Shown here one piece after another: positions 38,443 to 47,581 of a stretch of 64,000 bases of DNA. The stretch comes from a virus. Both the position numbers and the translations under genes were made by a program. Where the stretch lies: IMG/VR virus record IMGVR_UViG_3300046804_004738, positions 32,001 to 96,000 of that record, one strand, 5' to 3'. Each line of letters opens with the position of its first letter. Position 1 is the first letter of the stretch. The notes below the pieces were generated by a model, which had not been told where the DNA came from, did not search any database, and saw only the letters and a program-made list of their open reading frames with translations.

Positions 38443-38517
38443 TGGTGCTGGCAGTAGGAATCGAACCCACAACCTACGGATTACAAATCCGTTGCTCTAC
38501 CGTTGAGCCATGCCAGC
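38443..38517 (-). tRNA. tRNA-Thr(UGU)
   Basis: ACGGA-TT TGT AA-TCCGT. Confidence 0.93.
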
Positions 38518-38527
38518 GTATTCTGTA

Positions 38528-38689
38528 TTACTTATTCCTACTTGCTATTGCTCGTTCAATTTTACCTTTGTGCTTTGGTCTACAAGTTTCTAGCATTTTG
38601 GTAAGTTGTTCTACATTAAGAGGTCCTAATCTAATCTTACCTGTTTTTGTTTTCATTGGATCACGTTTTGAATCTTTTTTTACACTCAT
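38528..38689 (-). CDS. Small basic protein (53 aa, not in ORF track)
   Basis: GAGGA RBS; MSVKKDSKRDPMKTKTGKIRLGPLN... Confidence 0.65.
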   Translation of the reverse strand: MSVKKDSKRDPMKTKTGKIRLGPLNVEQLTKMLETCRPKHKGKIERAIASRNK

Positions 38690-38708
38690 ACAATCCTCAT
38701 TATAAATT

Positions 38709-38784
38709 TGGCTGTCTAGGTAGGGATCGAACCTACGACAGGGTGATTAACAGTCACCTGCTCTACCGACTGAGCTACTAGACA
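38709..38784 (-). tRNA. tRNA-Asn(GUU)
   Basis: GGTGA-CT GTT AA-TCACC. Confidence 0.93.
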
Positions 38785-38792
38785 ATAAAACT

Positions 38793-38884
38793 TGGCGGAG
38801 CGTATTAGATTCGAACTAATGGTACACATTTCTGTATACGACGGTTTAGCAAACCGCTGCCTTCGACCTCTCGGCCAACGCTCC
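38793..38884 (-). tRNA. tRNA-Ser(GCU)
   Basis: TT GCT AA loop, long variable arm. Confidence 0.92.
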
Positions 38885-38894
38885 TTATAAATAT

Positions 38895-39092
38895 TTACTT
38901 ACTTACAATGTCCTCAACTTTTTTATCAAACTCTAACCGACTAAGCAATAGATTATATACTAAATAAAACATACCTGCAACTAACATTCCACCTAAAACA
39001 TAAACTGGTAGCAAGTTGGCTAATGATGCAGATAGAATACACACAATAAAAAATCCAATTGTTTGTAACAATGCTTTTAATTTTATATTCAT
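38895..39092 (-). CDS. Small membrane protein
   Basis: Two TM helices; early promoter at 39115-39143. Confidence 0.65.
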   Translation of the reverse strand: MNIKLKALLQTIGFFIVCILSASLANLLPVYVLGGMLVAGMFYLVYNLLLSRLEFDKKVEDIVSK

Positions 39093-39158
39093 GATATACC
39101 TTTCACAAAATATAATTATACTACTAATAGGATTTATTGTCAAGTCTTAAAATGTTGT

Positions 39159-40304
39159 CTAAATTTTAACTTTATCCAAAAATCCGTACATACTTTGTAA
39201 TACGGTGTCCCAATCTCCTATTACTGGTTGACGAAATATTCTAGCACTATTATACCAAGGATGCAAGCTAGTATCTAACAAATATCTCCAATCAACAGCA
39301 AAGTTATTCAGTGGAATCCATAATGGTTTTCCCATTGCACCTGCTAAATGTGCGATTGCAGTATCTACACTTATTATTAAGTCTAAATGATACAGTAATC
39401 CTGCTGTATCTCCCCAATGTTTTATACTATTAGGAAACACTCGCAGGGGAGAATTAAGTATATAAGGTGTTTCTTCTTCAGTTGCATCTGCTACTAAATT
39501 AATCCATTCAATATCAGGCCTAGCAAACACTAGAGATAGCATTTTAGATACATGCATTCCTTTGTGTTGATTAATCCAACTATCTTTTCTTCCACTCCAA
39601 CATACACCAACACGCATTTTAGTTTTAGGACCTAATTTTTCACGCCACGGTTCAATATACTTTGGTATCGCTTCAATATATGGTCTGCTGTCTAAATTAT
39701 CAAGTGTAATGTTTAATACCCTTGCGAGAGACATTGTAGTGATGTAATAATCAAAATCAGTTAAATCCTCACGATTGTGAGAGATTTGATATACATATGG
39801 ATTGTTTTCAAACAGTTCAGGCATACCCATGTGTGTATGAAATAAAACTTTACCACCTAATTCATGTATGTTTTTAAAAAAACGAACAAATTGAATTGTA
39901 TCCCCTAACCCTTGTTCCCATAGAACTAATAACTTTTTATTACGTAAGTCTTGTCCTTCCCACATAGGTTTGCCTAACTGTGGCAGTGTGCCTGCAAGAT
40001 GTTCGTATTGCCAACGCCATTCATATTGTTTGAAGCCTCTTTCAAAATCTCCAGCTAACAAATATGCTACACTTAAATTAAATTGGGCGGTTACATAATT
40101 TTCATCTAATGCGACCGCGTGTTGTAAGAAAGGTATCGCACGTTTAGGTTCACCCATTTCACGTAGTACGTTACCATAATTGTTCCATGCATGAATATTT
40201 GTTGGGTCTTTCGTAAAAGCCTGTGCATAACATTCTAAAGCCTTATCAGGCTCTGTGCTATTTCTGTAGTTGTTTCCTATATGTACTAATTCGTCTGATG
40301 TCAT
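39159..40304 (-). CDS. TPR-repeat plus GT9-like glycosyltransferase domain protein
   Basis: N-terminal TPRs; EQGLGD.IQF.RF; LDL.ISVDT..AHLAGAMG; WY. Confidence 0.85.
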   Translation of the reverse strand: MTSDELVHIGNNYRNSTEPDKALECYAQAFTKDPTNIHAWNNYGNVLREMGEPKRAIPFLQHAVALDENYVTAQFNLSVAYLLAGDFERGFKQYEWRWQYEHLAGTLPQLGKPMWEGQDLRNKKLLVLWEQGLGDTIQFVRFFKNIHELGGKVLFHTHMGMPELFENNPYVYQISHNREDLTDFDYYITTMSLARVLNITLDNLDSRPYIEAIPKYIEPWREKLGPKTKMRVGVCWSGRKDSWINQHKGMHVSKMLSLVFARPDIEWINLVADATEEETPYILNSPLRVFPNSIKHWGDTAGLLYHLDLIISVDTAIAHLAGAMGKPLWIPLNNFAVDWRYLLDTSLHPWYNSARIFRQPVIGDWDTVLQSMYGFLDKVKI

Positions 40305-40312
40305 ATTTAATT

Positions 40313-40403
40313 TGGCGGAAGCGGACGGAGTCGAACCCTCAAGGCGCTATTAACGCTCAACTGTTTTCAAGACAGGTACCATCGCCATTTGGTTTGCGCT
40401 TCC
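40313..40403 (-). tRNA. tRNA-Ser(UGA)
   Basis: CTGT-CT TGA AA-ACAG, long variable arm. Confidence 0.9.
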
Positions 40404-40629
40404 TTTTTATAATCATTGCTACATAAGTACCTGCAAATGCACCAAGCAATGCAGGAATTAAAAGGTATAAATCTTTTACAAAACTAACTAAAGCAAAACT
40501 ATAAATTAACATTACAATCGCTGCAAGTGTACTGGCAATTAAAGGTTTATCTTCAGCAATAGCTTTGATATAATAGGTATTTACTATGTCAGTAAAGAAC
40601 ACCGCAAAAAATGTTAGTATATAGTTCAT
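40357..40629 (-). CDS. Small membrane protein (3' end inside tRNA-Ser)
   Basis: Three TM helices. Confidence 0.65.
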   Translation of the reverse strand: MNYILTFFAVFFTDIVNTYYIKAIAEDKPLIASTLAAIVMLIYSFALVSFVKDLYLLIPALLGAFAGTYVAMIIKRKRKPNGDGTCLENS

Positions 40630-40630
40630 A

Positions 40631-40705
40631 TGGTTAGTCCTGCAGGAATCGAACCTGCATCATTGCAATCGGAATGCAGTATCTTATCCATTAGACGAAG
40701 GACTA
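40631..40705 (-). tRNA. tRNA-Arg(CCG)
   Basis: TGCA-TT CCG AT-TGCA. Confidence 0.88.
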
Positions 40706-40920
40706 ATTTCTACTCTTTGTTGGTAGTATGGGTATGCTAGCACAAAATAGACATAATCTTTTTCGTCGTGAAAAAGTATATATCTTGAATTTTCGGACGT
40801 TTCAAATTTACAGTTAGGATGTTGTTCATGCCATTCAAATAATCTTTTTCTATGAAAGCGAACTTTGGCTGTCATAGCAAAATACGGATATGATGTTTCA
40901 CAAATTTCAACTGTAATCAT
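40684..40920 (-). CDS. Hypothetical protein (stop inside tRNA-Arg)
   Basis: F.DEKDY..F.L motif. Confidence 0.55.
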   Translation of the reverse strand: MITVEICETSYPYFAMTAKVRFHRKRLFEWHEQHPNCKFETSENSRYILFHDEKDYVYFVLAYPYYQQRVEISPSSNG

Positions 40921-40924
40921 AAAT

Positions 40925-41000
40925 TGGAGCGGGTGATCAGGTTCGAACTGACGACATTTACCTTGGCAAGGTAACGCTCTACCAACTGAGCTACACCCGC
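40925..41000 (-). tRNA. tRNA-Gly(GCC)
   Basis: TTACC-TT GCC AA-GGTAA. Confidence 0.93.
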
Positions 41001-41008
41001 TTGAAACC

Positions 41009-42919
41009 TTAATTAGTTTCTTTTACTTCTGCATCTACTACTGTAGGATCACCGGGCTTTACTTCAGCATTTGGATCACCATTTGGCATTTCTTTATTGC
41101 GTTTTTCTGCTTCATACTTAATAGTTTCACGATATAGTTCACCTAACTCCTCAGTGGCTTTATCCATATCTTCTTTACTATCGCCTTTAGCAGTTTCTTT
41201 GTGTTTAGTTATTGCATCAACTAGTTTAGTTTTTTCATCTTCAGGAATATATCCTTCAAGATTTGTAATTTGATTTTCTAAATTAGAAATGCTACCATCT
41301 AAACTATTTCTTGCCTGTACAAGTTCAACTATTTTTTTATCTTCTTCTGCATTGGCTTCTGCGTCTTTAACCATACGGTCAATTTCATCTTCGCTTAATC
41401 CAGAATTAGCCTTAATTGTAATTTGTTTTTCTTTATTGGTTTTCTTATCAACTGCCTTTACAGAAAGAATACCATTTGCATCAATATCAAACGTAACTTC
41501 AATTTGTGGCATTCCTCTTGGTGCTGGATCAATGCCTTCTAAATTAAACTCGCCTAATGCCTTGTTACCAACTACAACTTCACGCTCACCTTGGAAAACT
41601 TTAATAGTTACTGCAGGCTGATTATCATCTGCTGTACTGAAAGTTTGGCTTGCCTTAGTAGGAATCGTAGTATTCTTTTTAATCAGCTTACTCATTACTC
41701 CGCCTAATGTTTCAATACCAAGGCTCAATGGTGTAACATCAAGTAACAATACATCTTTACGATCACCACCTAATACCTGACCTTGAATTGCGGCACCAAC
41801 TGCAACTGCTTCATCAGGGTTTACATCTTTACGTGGTGCTTTGCCGAAAAACTTTTCAACAGCTTCTTGCACACGTGGCATACGTGTCATACCACCAACA
41901 AGAATAACTTCATCAATGTCATTTATATTGACACCTGCATCACGCATTGCAATTTCACATGGCTTAATACTACGTTGAATCAAATCTTCAACAAGCCCTT
42001 CAAATTTAGCACGTGTGATTTTAACATTCAAGTGTTTTGGTCCACTTGCATCCGCAGTAATGTATGGCAGACTTACATCTGTCTGTGTAGAACTTGACAA
42101 TTCAATCTTTGCACGTTCTGCCGCATCTTTAAGTCTTTGTAATGCTAATACATCTTTGGTTAAATTAACTCCCGTTTCTTTTTTAAATTCTTCAACAAGG
42201 TAATCCATTATACGTTGATCGAAATCTTCACCACCTAAGAATGTATCGCCGTTGGTTGATAAAACTTCAAATTGTTTGTCACCTTCGACTTCTGCAAGAT
42301 CAATAATAGACACATCAAAAGTACCACCCCCTAAGTCATAGACAGCAACCTTACGGTCCTTCTTGTCCTGTTTATCCACGCCGTATGCTAACGCGGCAGC
42401 TGTGGGTTCGTTAATAATACGCAATACTTCCAGACCGGCAATTTTGCCCGCGTCTTTAGTTGCTTGTCTTTGACTGTCATTAAAATACGCTGGTACTGTG
42501 ATGACTGCTTGTGTAACTTCTTCACCTAAGAAATCTTCAGCGGTCTTTTTCATTTTACGAAGGACTTCAGCACTGATTTGTGGAGGTGCCAATTTCTTAT
42601 CGTTTACCTCTACCCATGCATCACCATTGTCAGCTTTGATGATTTTGTATGGTATTAAATCTATATCTTTTTGAACTGCTTCCTCAGTGAACTTACGACC
42701 AATAAGGCGCTTAGCAGCGTAAATTGTGTTTTTTGGATTAGTAATAGCCTGACGTTTAGCTGGAGCACCTACCATTATTTCACCATCATTTATGTATGCG
42801 ATGATACTTGGGGTAGTTCTTGCACCCTCACTATTTTCTATTACTTTTGGATTTTTGCCATCTATGATAGCAACGCATGAATTTGTGGTACCCAAATCAA
42901 TACCGATAATCTTTGACAT
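41009..42919 (-). CDS. dnaK: Molecular chaperone DnaK (Hsp70)
   Basis: [15 protein letters not shown], full-length Hsp70 motifs. Confidence 0.98.
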   Translation of the reverse strand: MSKIIGIDLGTTNSCVAIIDGKNPKVIENSEGARTTPSIIAYINDGEIMVGAPAKRQAITNPKNTIYAAKRLIGRKFTEEAVQKDIDLIPYKIIKADNGDAWVEVNDKKLAPPQISAEVLRKMKKTAEDFLGEEVTQAVITVPAYFNDSQRQATKDAGKIAGLEVLRIINEPTAAALAYGVDKQDKKDRKVAVYDLGGGTFDVSIIDLAEVEGDKQFEVLSTNGDTFLGGEDFDQRIMDYLVEEFKKETGVNLTKDVLALQRLKDAAERAKIELSSSTQTDVSLPYITADASGPKHLNVKITRAKFEGLVEDLIQRSIKPCEIAMRDAGVNINDIDEVILVGGMTRMPRVQEAVEKFFGKAPRKDVNPDEAVAVGAAIQGQVLGGDRKDVLLLDVTPLSLGIETLGGVMSKLIKKNTTIPTKASQTFSTADDNQPAVTIKVFQGEREVVVGNKALGEFNLEGIDPAPRGMPQIEVTFDIDANGILSVKAVDKKTNKEKQITIKANSGLSEDEIDRMVKDAEANAEEDKKIVELVQARNSLDGSISNLENQITNLEGYIPEDEKTKLVDAITKHKETAKGDSKEDMDKATEELGELYRETIKYEAEKRNKEMPNGDPNAEVKPGDPTVVDAEVKETN

Positions 42920-43023
42920 AATTTTTTCTCCTTTAATAAGCAAGATTACTATCAGTGCCCATTAGGCGCATCTGATATATATATTTATACATGTATTTCC
43001 GAAAAAAAACAACATAACTGGAT

Positions 43024-43710
43024 CTAATCCAAATACCCAAAACCCCAAATGCGTTCTTTGCACCACCAACAACTACCACAATGACGATCATTTACAATAG
43101 TGCTTTCGCAGGATCTTGTGATTTTGTATAAATCTTCTATACCCAATTCTCTATATAGCAAAGCAATTTTTTGTTTGTTTATATTAATAAACGGAACATA
43201 ATAAGATTGTGTAAACTGCGGGTAAGAAAACTCAGTGTCTTGAAAAAAATGCCAAGGTGCTTTGGACAAATCATCATAATATGTATCTAACACAAGTTTG
43301 TGATCTACACCACCTTGTGCGGCAACATTAGTTGTATCAAAATCAGTTATTGCATCGACTGGGGGAGGCCTTGTAAATCCAAAATACACAGTGTCAACTT
43401 TAACTGTTTGCATGTATTCAGCTAACATAACATTATCAGTTGTTTTATGTTTTGTCCAATGTGTGTAGAATCGTAGATTGTTAGGGTCAAATCCTGTCAT
43501 GCCCATAACTTTATTAATTACTTTTAATGCATTAATAGGTTCACGATAATTACTTTTGCCATTGGCAGCTGAAAAAATATGCAAAGGTTGATTAATATTA
43601 GACATCAACATGTACAACATTAAAGCACTATCGGCTCCGCCTGATACAAAAGCTCCTAAGTTGCCATCGTAAATATCAAATGTAAAATCGTTATATTGTA
43701 TGTATTTCAT
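43024..43710 (-). CDS. QueC-like PP-loop ATPase
   Basis: SGGADS; TRSC...CGSCWWC.ER. Confidence 0.7.
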   Translation of the reverse strand: MKYIQYNDFTFDIYDGNLGAFVSGGADSALMLYMLMSNINQPLHIFSAANGKSNYREPINALKVINKVMGMTGFDPNNLRFYTHWTKHKTTDNVMLAEYMQTVKVDTVYFGFTRPPPVDAITDFDTTNVAAQGGVDHKLVLDTYYDDLSKAPWHFFQDTEFSYPQFTQSYYVPFININKQKIALLYRELGIEDLYKITRSCESTIVNDRHCGSCWWCKERIWGFGYLD

Positions 43711-43748
43711 AAAATTATTTAAATAGTAGTGTAACATTTAAGATATTT

Positions 43749-43823
43749 TGGTAGCAGGAGAGGGATTCGAACCCCCGATAGCTTCCGTATGAAGGAAGTG
43801 CATTACCACTTTGCTATCCTGCC
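43749..43823 (-). tRNA. tRNA-Met(CAU), elongator-type
   Basis: CTTCC-TT CAT AC-GGAAG. Confidence 0.88.
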
Positions 43824-43825
43824 AT

Positions 43826-44113
43826 TTAATCTTCGTCTTTATAAAATTTATCCTGTTTTAATTTTTTTTCTTGGATCGTATCTTCTCCAAAAAATTTGCG
43901 GGGATTACCGCACATGTAACACTTTGGATCACCGCAATTAAAAATATTCATTTTTAAATTTCTATGCGGTTGTTTCATATTACGCCAGTTGTGCATTGCA
44001 CTACTTAATTTGTGATATCCATAATTTTTCGCTAGTTGTAGTTGCTTTTTAATTCTATTTTCTTTTTGGTGTAGTCTTTCACTGTGCTTTTTCTTTACAA
44101 CTTCATCTGACAT
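43826..44113 (-). CDS. Basic hypothetical protein with CG.P.C..CGNPR zinc motif
   Basis: GAGGAG RBS. Confidence 0.7.
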   Translation of the reverse strand: MSDEVVKKKHSERLHQKENRIKKQLQLAKNYGYHKLSSAMHNWRNMKQPHRNLKMNIFNCGDPKCYMCGNPRKFFGEDTIQEKKLKQDKFYKDED

Positions 44114-44128
44114 AATTACTCCTCTTAT

Positions 44129-44206
44129 TGGTGGAGAGTCTAGGAATCGAACCTAGTTCAACGGCTCTTCAAACCGTCGCTGAATGACCACACTAGCTCA
44201 CTCTCC
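44129..44206 (-). tRNA. tRNA-Phe(GAA), atypical D-arm
   Basis: ACGGT-TT GAA GA-GCCGT. Confidence 0.82.
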
Positions 44207-44226
44207 TATATATTTAAGTTTTTTTA

Positions 44227-44838
44227 TTAAGGTTTTTTATAAATTACAATTTTATGATTTGGCAATGGATAATCATATTCCACTAAGTTTTGAAATTTAC
44301 TGTTTAAATACTTAAAAATGTCAAAATGATCATCAAACCATATTACACTTTTATCTTCACGCCAATCACCTGGCACCAATCTTTGTTTAAAATTATTAAG
44401 ACAAACCAAATATCCGTTCAATTTTAAACTATTGTAAATATTTTCAATTTCTTCAATAGGATTTTCAACATGTTGTAAAACAAATGATGCTATACATACA
44501 TCAAAAACTTTAGTGTATGTTACTTTATTACATGTAACAAAATTTTTAGGATTATTTACGTACTGAGTGGCATAGACTAGCATGTTAAGACTAATATCAG
44601 TACCGACAATTTTACAATTGAAATCATCAATAAGTTCTTTACTTACTCTTCCCATACCAACACCAAAATCTAAAACAATGCTACTTTCATTTATTAGATT
44701 TTCTTTTTTTATAACGTCAACAAAATATTTTGTTGCTTCCGTAAACCTATTAGGATCATTATCATCTGGTGTTAAAACAATATCTTTTGCATGTTCTAAA
44801 CTTATAGGATCAAAAATTGCAGATTGATAACCTTTCAT
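44227..44838 (-). CDS. Class I SAM-dependent methyltransferase
   Basis: VLDFGVGMGR, VLQHV, LK.NG. Confidence 0.85.
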   Translation of the reverse strand: MKGYQSAIFDPISLEHAKDIVLTPDDNDPNRFTEATKYFVDVIKKENLINESSIVLDFGVGMGRVSKELIDDFNCKIVGTDISLNMLVYATQYVNNPKNFVTCNKVTYTKVFDVCIASFVLQHVENPIEEIENIYNSLKLNGYLVCLNNFKQRLVPGDWREDKSVIWFDDHFDIFKYLNSKFQNLVEYDYPLPNHKIVIYKKP

Positions 44839-44853
44839 ACTTTATTTATCCTT

Positions 44854-44930
44854 TGGGGTGAAGGATGGGACTCGAACCCACGACCAACGGAATCACAATC
44901 CGCGACTCTACCAACTGAGCTACCATCACC
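44854..44930 (-). tRNA. tRNA-His(GUG)
   Basis: GCGGA-TT GTG AT-TCCGT, G-1. Confidence 0.92.
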
Positions 44931-44935
44931 ATAGA

Positions 44936-45115
44936 CTATTCTGCACGCCATTCAACACGACCATGTTGGTCAATATGTGCTATACTCTGCATACGTTTAA
45001 TCTCAACATAATCTCGTTTTTCAGTAATGATTGTTCCGCCTCGTTTTACAAGCTCATCAATCTTAATTAGTGCAACACTGCTAATTGGCATAAATTTTTT
45101 AAATGTGTACTCCAT
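44936..45115 (-). CDS. Hypothetical protein
   Basis: AAGGAG RBS; start reassigned to MEYTF. Confidence 0.65.
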   Translation of the reverse strand: MEYTFKKFMPISSVALIKIDELVKRGGTIITEKRDYVEIKRMQSIAHIDQHGRVEWRAE

Positions 45116-45133
45116 TTTATATCTCCTTGTAAC

Positions 45134-45210
45134 TGGTACCCCAGGAAGGATTCGAACCTCCGACTCCTGCGTTCGTAGCACAGTACTCTAGTCCACTGAG
45201 TTACTGGGGC
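45134..45210 (-). tRNA. tRNA-Arg(ACG)
   Basis: CTGTG-CT ACG AA-CGCAG. Confidence 0.9.
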
Positions 45211-46310
45211 ATAAATTTTATTTCTTTTGTATTAGCATTAGTTAGTCGCTGACCTTGCCACCACCCTTTTTTCCATCCATCACGTAAAATTGCTTGAAGT
45301 AAAAAAGTACCAAATGTATGAGGTATGAATTGAGCATAAGGTCCCATATACATGTAACTCGTATCTAATGACTTTGCAGTTGCCCAGTGTATTATCTGTA
45401 TGATAATATTATTGTCTAGTACAACACCGATATGGTATGGATTACTTCCTATGTTTGAATGTTTTCCAAACGACAGTCCTAATTCATTTGCAACTTCTGT
45501 TAACCAATCATATATTTCACTAGCAAAAATTTCTTTATCTTGTTCAAACGGAATACCAATTTGCGAGGGTGATCTTACACAAAAATTATATGGCAATCTT
45601 CCCTGAGACTTTAACCAAATCATCTTTTCAACAGCATATCTTACTTGCTGTTTTGATTCTACTGTAAAGCTTAATTGTGCAATCATTATACTTGATTCTG
45701 CAATATTTTGCAAGGCTTGGTCAACTTTTTTCCATACTGCTGCATTATGATACTCTGGATTGTGTATACTCATGCTTATCAAATTTAAACCAGAATCAAC
45801 TAGTGATTGTAAATATTCTTTATCTCTAATTTTTAGACCATTAGTATACATCATGACTTTTGTTTTCGGAACAGCAGCTGGTCTATTACAAATTTCTTTA
45901 ATAATATATGGTAAATCTTTTCGCATCGTAGGCTCTGCTCCCATAAAGCATACTGTTGATGTAGGTACAGCTAATGCTCTTGCGATGATTAACTCTGCTG
46001 GCAAATCCTCAATTTCGTTATCAGGCGAGTGATAACAATGTTTGCATTGTACATTACACCTATCAGTAACTTCAATAATAGTAATATCATTGTAGGCGTT
46101 CCAAGTGTCATTAGTTGGATCAGTTTGTAACGCAGTATCCCAAAACTTATAATCTCTTTCTACCATTGCCTCTTCATATCCATGAGTAGGACAAGTTTTA
46201 ACAATATAGGCAGAGCCATCATCTCGGTATTCAATTGTTGCAGGCAATTCCATGTAGCACGTACCGCATAATCCACGTGTTGTATAACTGTTTATCATTG
46301 ATTTCTCCAT
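45201..46310 (-). CDS. Radical SAM protein with Tes/MJ0619-like N-terminal metal-binding domain
   Basis: LCGTC..ELPATI...KTCPTHG; IEVTDRCNVQCKHCY; GAEPTMRKDL; TNG. Confidence 0.85.
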   Translation of the reverse strand: MEKSMINSYTTRGLCGTCYMELPATIEYRDDGSAYIVKTCPTHGYEEAMVERDYKFWDTALQTDPTNDTWNAYNDITIIEVTDRCNVQCKHCYHSPDNEIEDLPAELIIARALAVPTSTVCFMGAEPTMRKDLPYIIKEICNRPAAVPKTKVMMYTNGLKIRDKEYLQSLVDSGLNLISMSIHNPEYHNAAVWKKVDQALQNIAESSIMIAQLSFTVESKQQVRYAVEKMIWLKSQGRLPYNFCVRSPSQIGIPFEQDKEIFASEIYDWLTEVANELGLSFGKHSNIGSNPYHIGVVLDNNIIIQIIHWATAKSLDTSYMYMGPYAQFIPHTFGTFLLQAILRDGWKKGWWQGQRLTNANTKEIKFMPQ

Positions 46311-46352
46311 TGAAGTAATATTTATATTATAAATATAACCTTACTTAACAAT

Positions 46353-46430
46353 TGGCTGGGGACCTAGGATTCGAACCTAGGAATGCCGGAATCAAAATCC
46401 GGTGCCTTAGACCAACTTGGCGAGTCCCCA
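46353..46430 (-). tRNA. tRNA-Gln(UUG)
   Basis: CCGGA-TT TTG AT-TCCGG. Confidence 0.93.
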
Positions 46431-46431
46431 A

Positions 46432-46581
46432 TTAACTTGCTATAATCTTCGGAAGATATGGCACATTCCTAGGACCATGTCTTTGTTCAAAAAGCATACG
46501 TGCTTCTTGTAAATCTTTTGCATACACCCTATCTTTTATTTCACCTTGAGGTGTTCTTACTGTAGTTTCAAACATTGGCAT
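46432..46581 (-). CDS. Small hypothetical protein
   Basis: GGAGAG RBS; MPMFETTVRTP... Confidence 0.6.
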   Translation of the reverse strand: MPMFETTVRTPQGEIKDRVYAKDLQEARMLFEQRHGPRNVPYLPKIIAS

Positions 46582-46600
46582 AACAAACTCTCCAGAGGTA

Positions 46601-46625
46601 AGAAAAGGTAGCAACGCTACCCTTT
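46601..46625 (-). terminator. Terminator downstream of pqqA
   Basis: GGTAGC-GTT-GCTACC-TTTT. Confidence 0.7.
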
Positions 46626-46654
46626 CACGCTACATGTAAATTGTAAATCAGCTA

Positions 46655-46726
46655 TTAGCGATTTGCAATGTACATGGTGATTTCAAATCCAAAACGCATA
46701 TCAGTTGCACTTGGTGTTGTCCACAT
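46655..46726 (-). CDS. pqqA: PQQ precursor peptide PqqA (23 aa, not in ORF track)
   Basis: MWTTPSATDMRFGFEITMYIANR with E-x3-Y core; GAGGAG RBS. Confidence 0.93.
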   Translation of the reverse strand: MWTTPSATDMRFGFEITMYIANR

Positions 46727-46847
46727 GTTACTCTCCTCTATTTAAAATATACATGTACTGCACATGTATTTAAGAGAGTATACAACACAAAAATGGTACT
46801 GAATATACGCAATGTAATGAACGATAGCTAGTTAAAATCATTAAAAT

Positions 46848-46936
46848 TACCATATAGAAACACATTCCTGGACTCTCGTAACAGCAGTCCATAGCCCCGG
46901 GCGCCATTATGTGTTTGAATGTGTTTTTATATGGTA
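46848..46936 (-). other. Long hairpin element abutting tRNA-Lys CCA
   Basis: 20-bp arms TACCATATAGAAACACATTC / GAATGTGTTTTTATATGGTA. Confidence 0.7.
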
Positions 46937-47007
46937 GGGGCACCAGGGATCGAACCTGGGACACATAGATTAAAAGTCTACTGCTCTGCCAACTGAGCTA
47001 TACCCCC
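46932..47007 (-). tRNA. tRNA-Lys(UUU)
   Basis: GTAGA-CT TTT AA-TCTAT. Confidence 0.93.
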
Positions 47008-47034
47008 ATCATCTTTCGAGGTTTGTCACTTTCC

Positions 47035-47202
47035 TTATTCATCTTTTTCACCTTTATTTTTCATACTTCTTGCCTTAGCATTTCTTTCTGAGGATCTAAC
47101 AGCCTCACGAATAAAATGTCTACCGCGTTCTTTGTCGAAACAAAGGATAGCGATTGCCTTTTCTGCTTTTTTAATCTTTACTGCTCTTGCATCGTAACCC
47201 AT
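47035..47202 (-). CDS. Small basic hypothetical protein
   Basis: GGGAG RBS; MGYDARAVKI. Confidence 0.6.
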   Translation of the reverse strand: MGYDARAVKIKKAEKAIAILCFDKERGRHFIREAVRSSERNAKARSMKNKGEKDE

Positions 47203-47290
47203 ATTATACTCCCTATTTAAAATTTCTGTCAATTAAAACTAGTAACCAAATAACTCCTATACACACTGCCATTGCCCCATTGTAGTTCTC

Positions 47291-47479
47291 CTATTTGTTG
47301 ATTGAGGTTGAGAATTTCTCTGACTCAATTTCTAGTTGATCTGTTTTATCATTCATATTCTTAATGTCACTGACAATAGACGCTACAGTAGCCTTTTCAT
47401 TTCTTAATTTGGCAAATTCAGCTTCATATTTTGCAAGAAGGTCTGAATTAACATGTTTACGAATCCAATCAGTAGTCAT
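47291..47479 (-). CDS. Hypothetical protein
   Basis: TATAAATA upstream. Confidence 0.55.
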   Translation of the reverse strand: MTTDWIRKHVNSDLLAKYEAEFAKLRNEKATVASIVSDIKNMNDKTDQLEIESEKFSTSINK

Positions 47480-47494
47480 TCAATATTTATAATT

Positions 47495-47579
47495 TGGTGG
47501 GGATGGAAGGATTCGCACCTACTCACCCGAAGGAACGGATTTACAGTCCGCCGCCGCTCTCTAACTCAGCCGCATCCCC
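47495..47579 (-). tRNA. tRNA-Tyr(GUA), atypical T- and D-loops
   Basis: GCGGA-CT GTA AA-TCCGT; T-loop GTGCGAAT. Confidence 0.85.
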
Positions 47580-47581
47580 AT

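Noticed and set aside
42954-42972. CIRCE operator upstream of dnaK
   Set aside because: A short hairpin is present but it does not match TTAGCACTC-N9-GAGTGCTAA.
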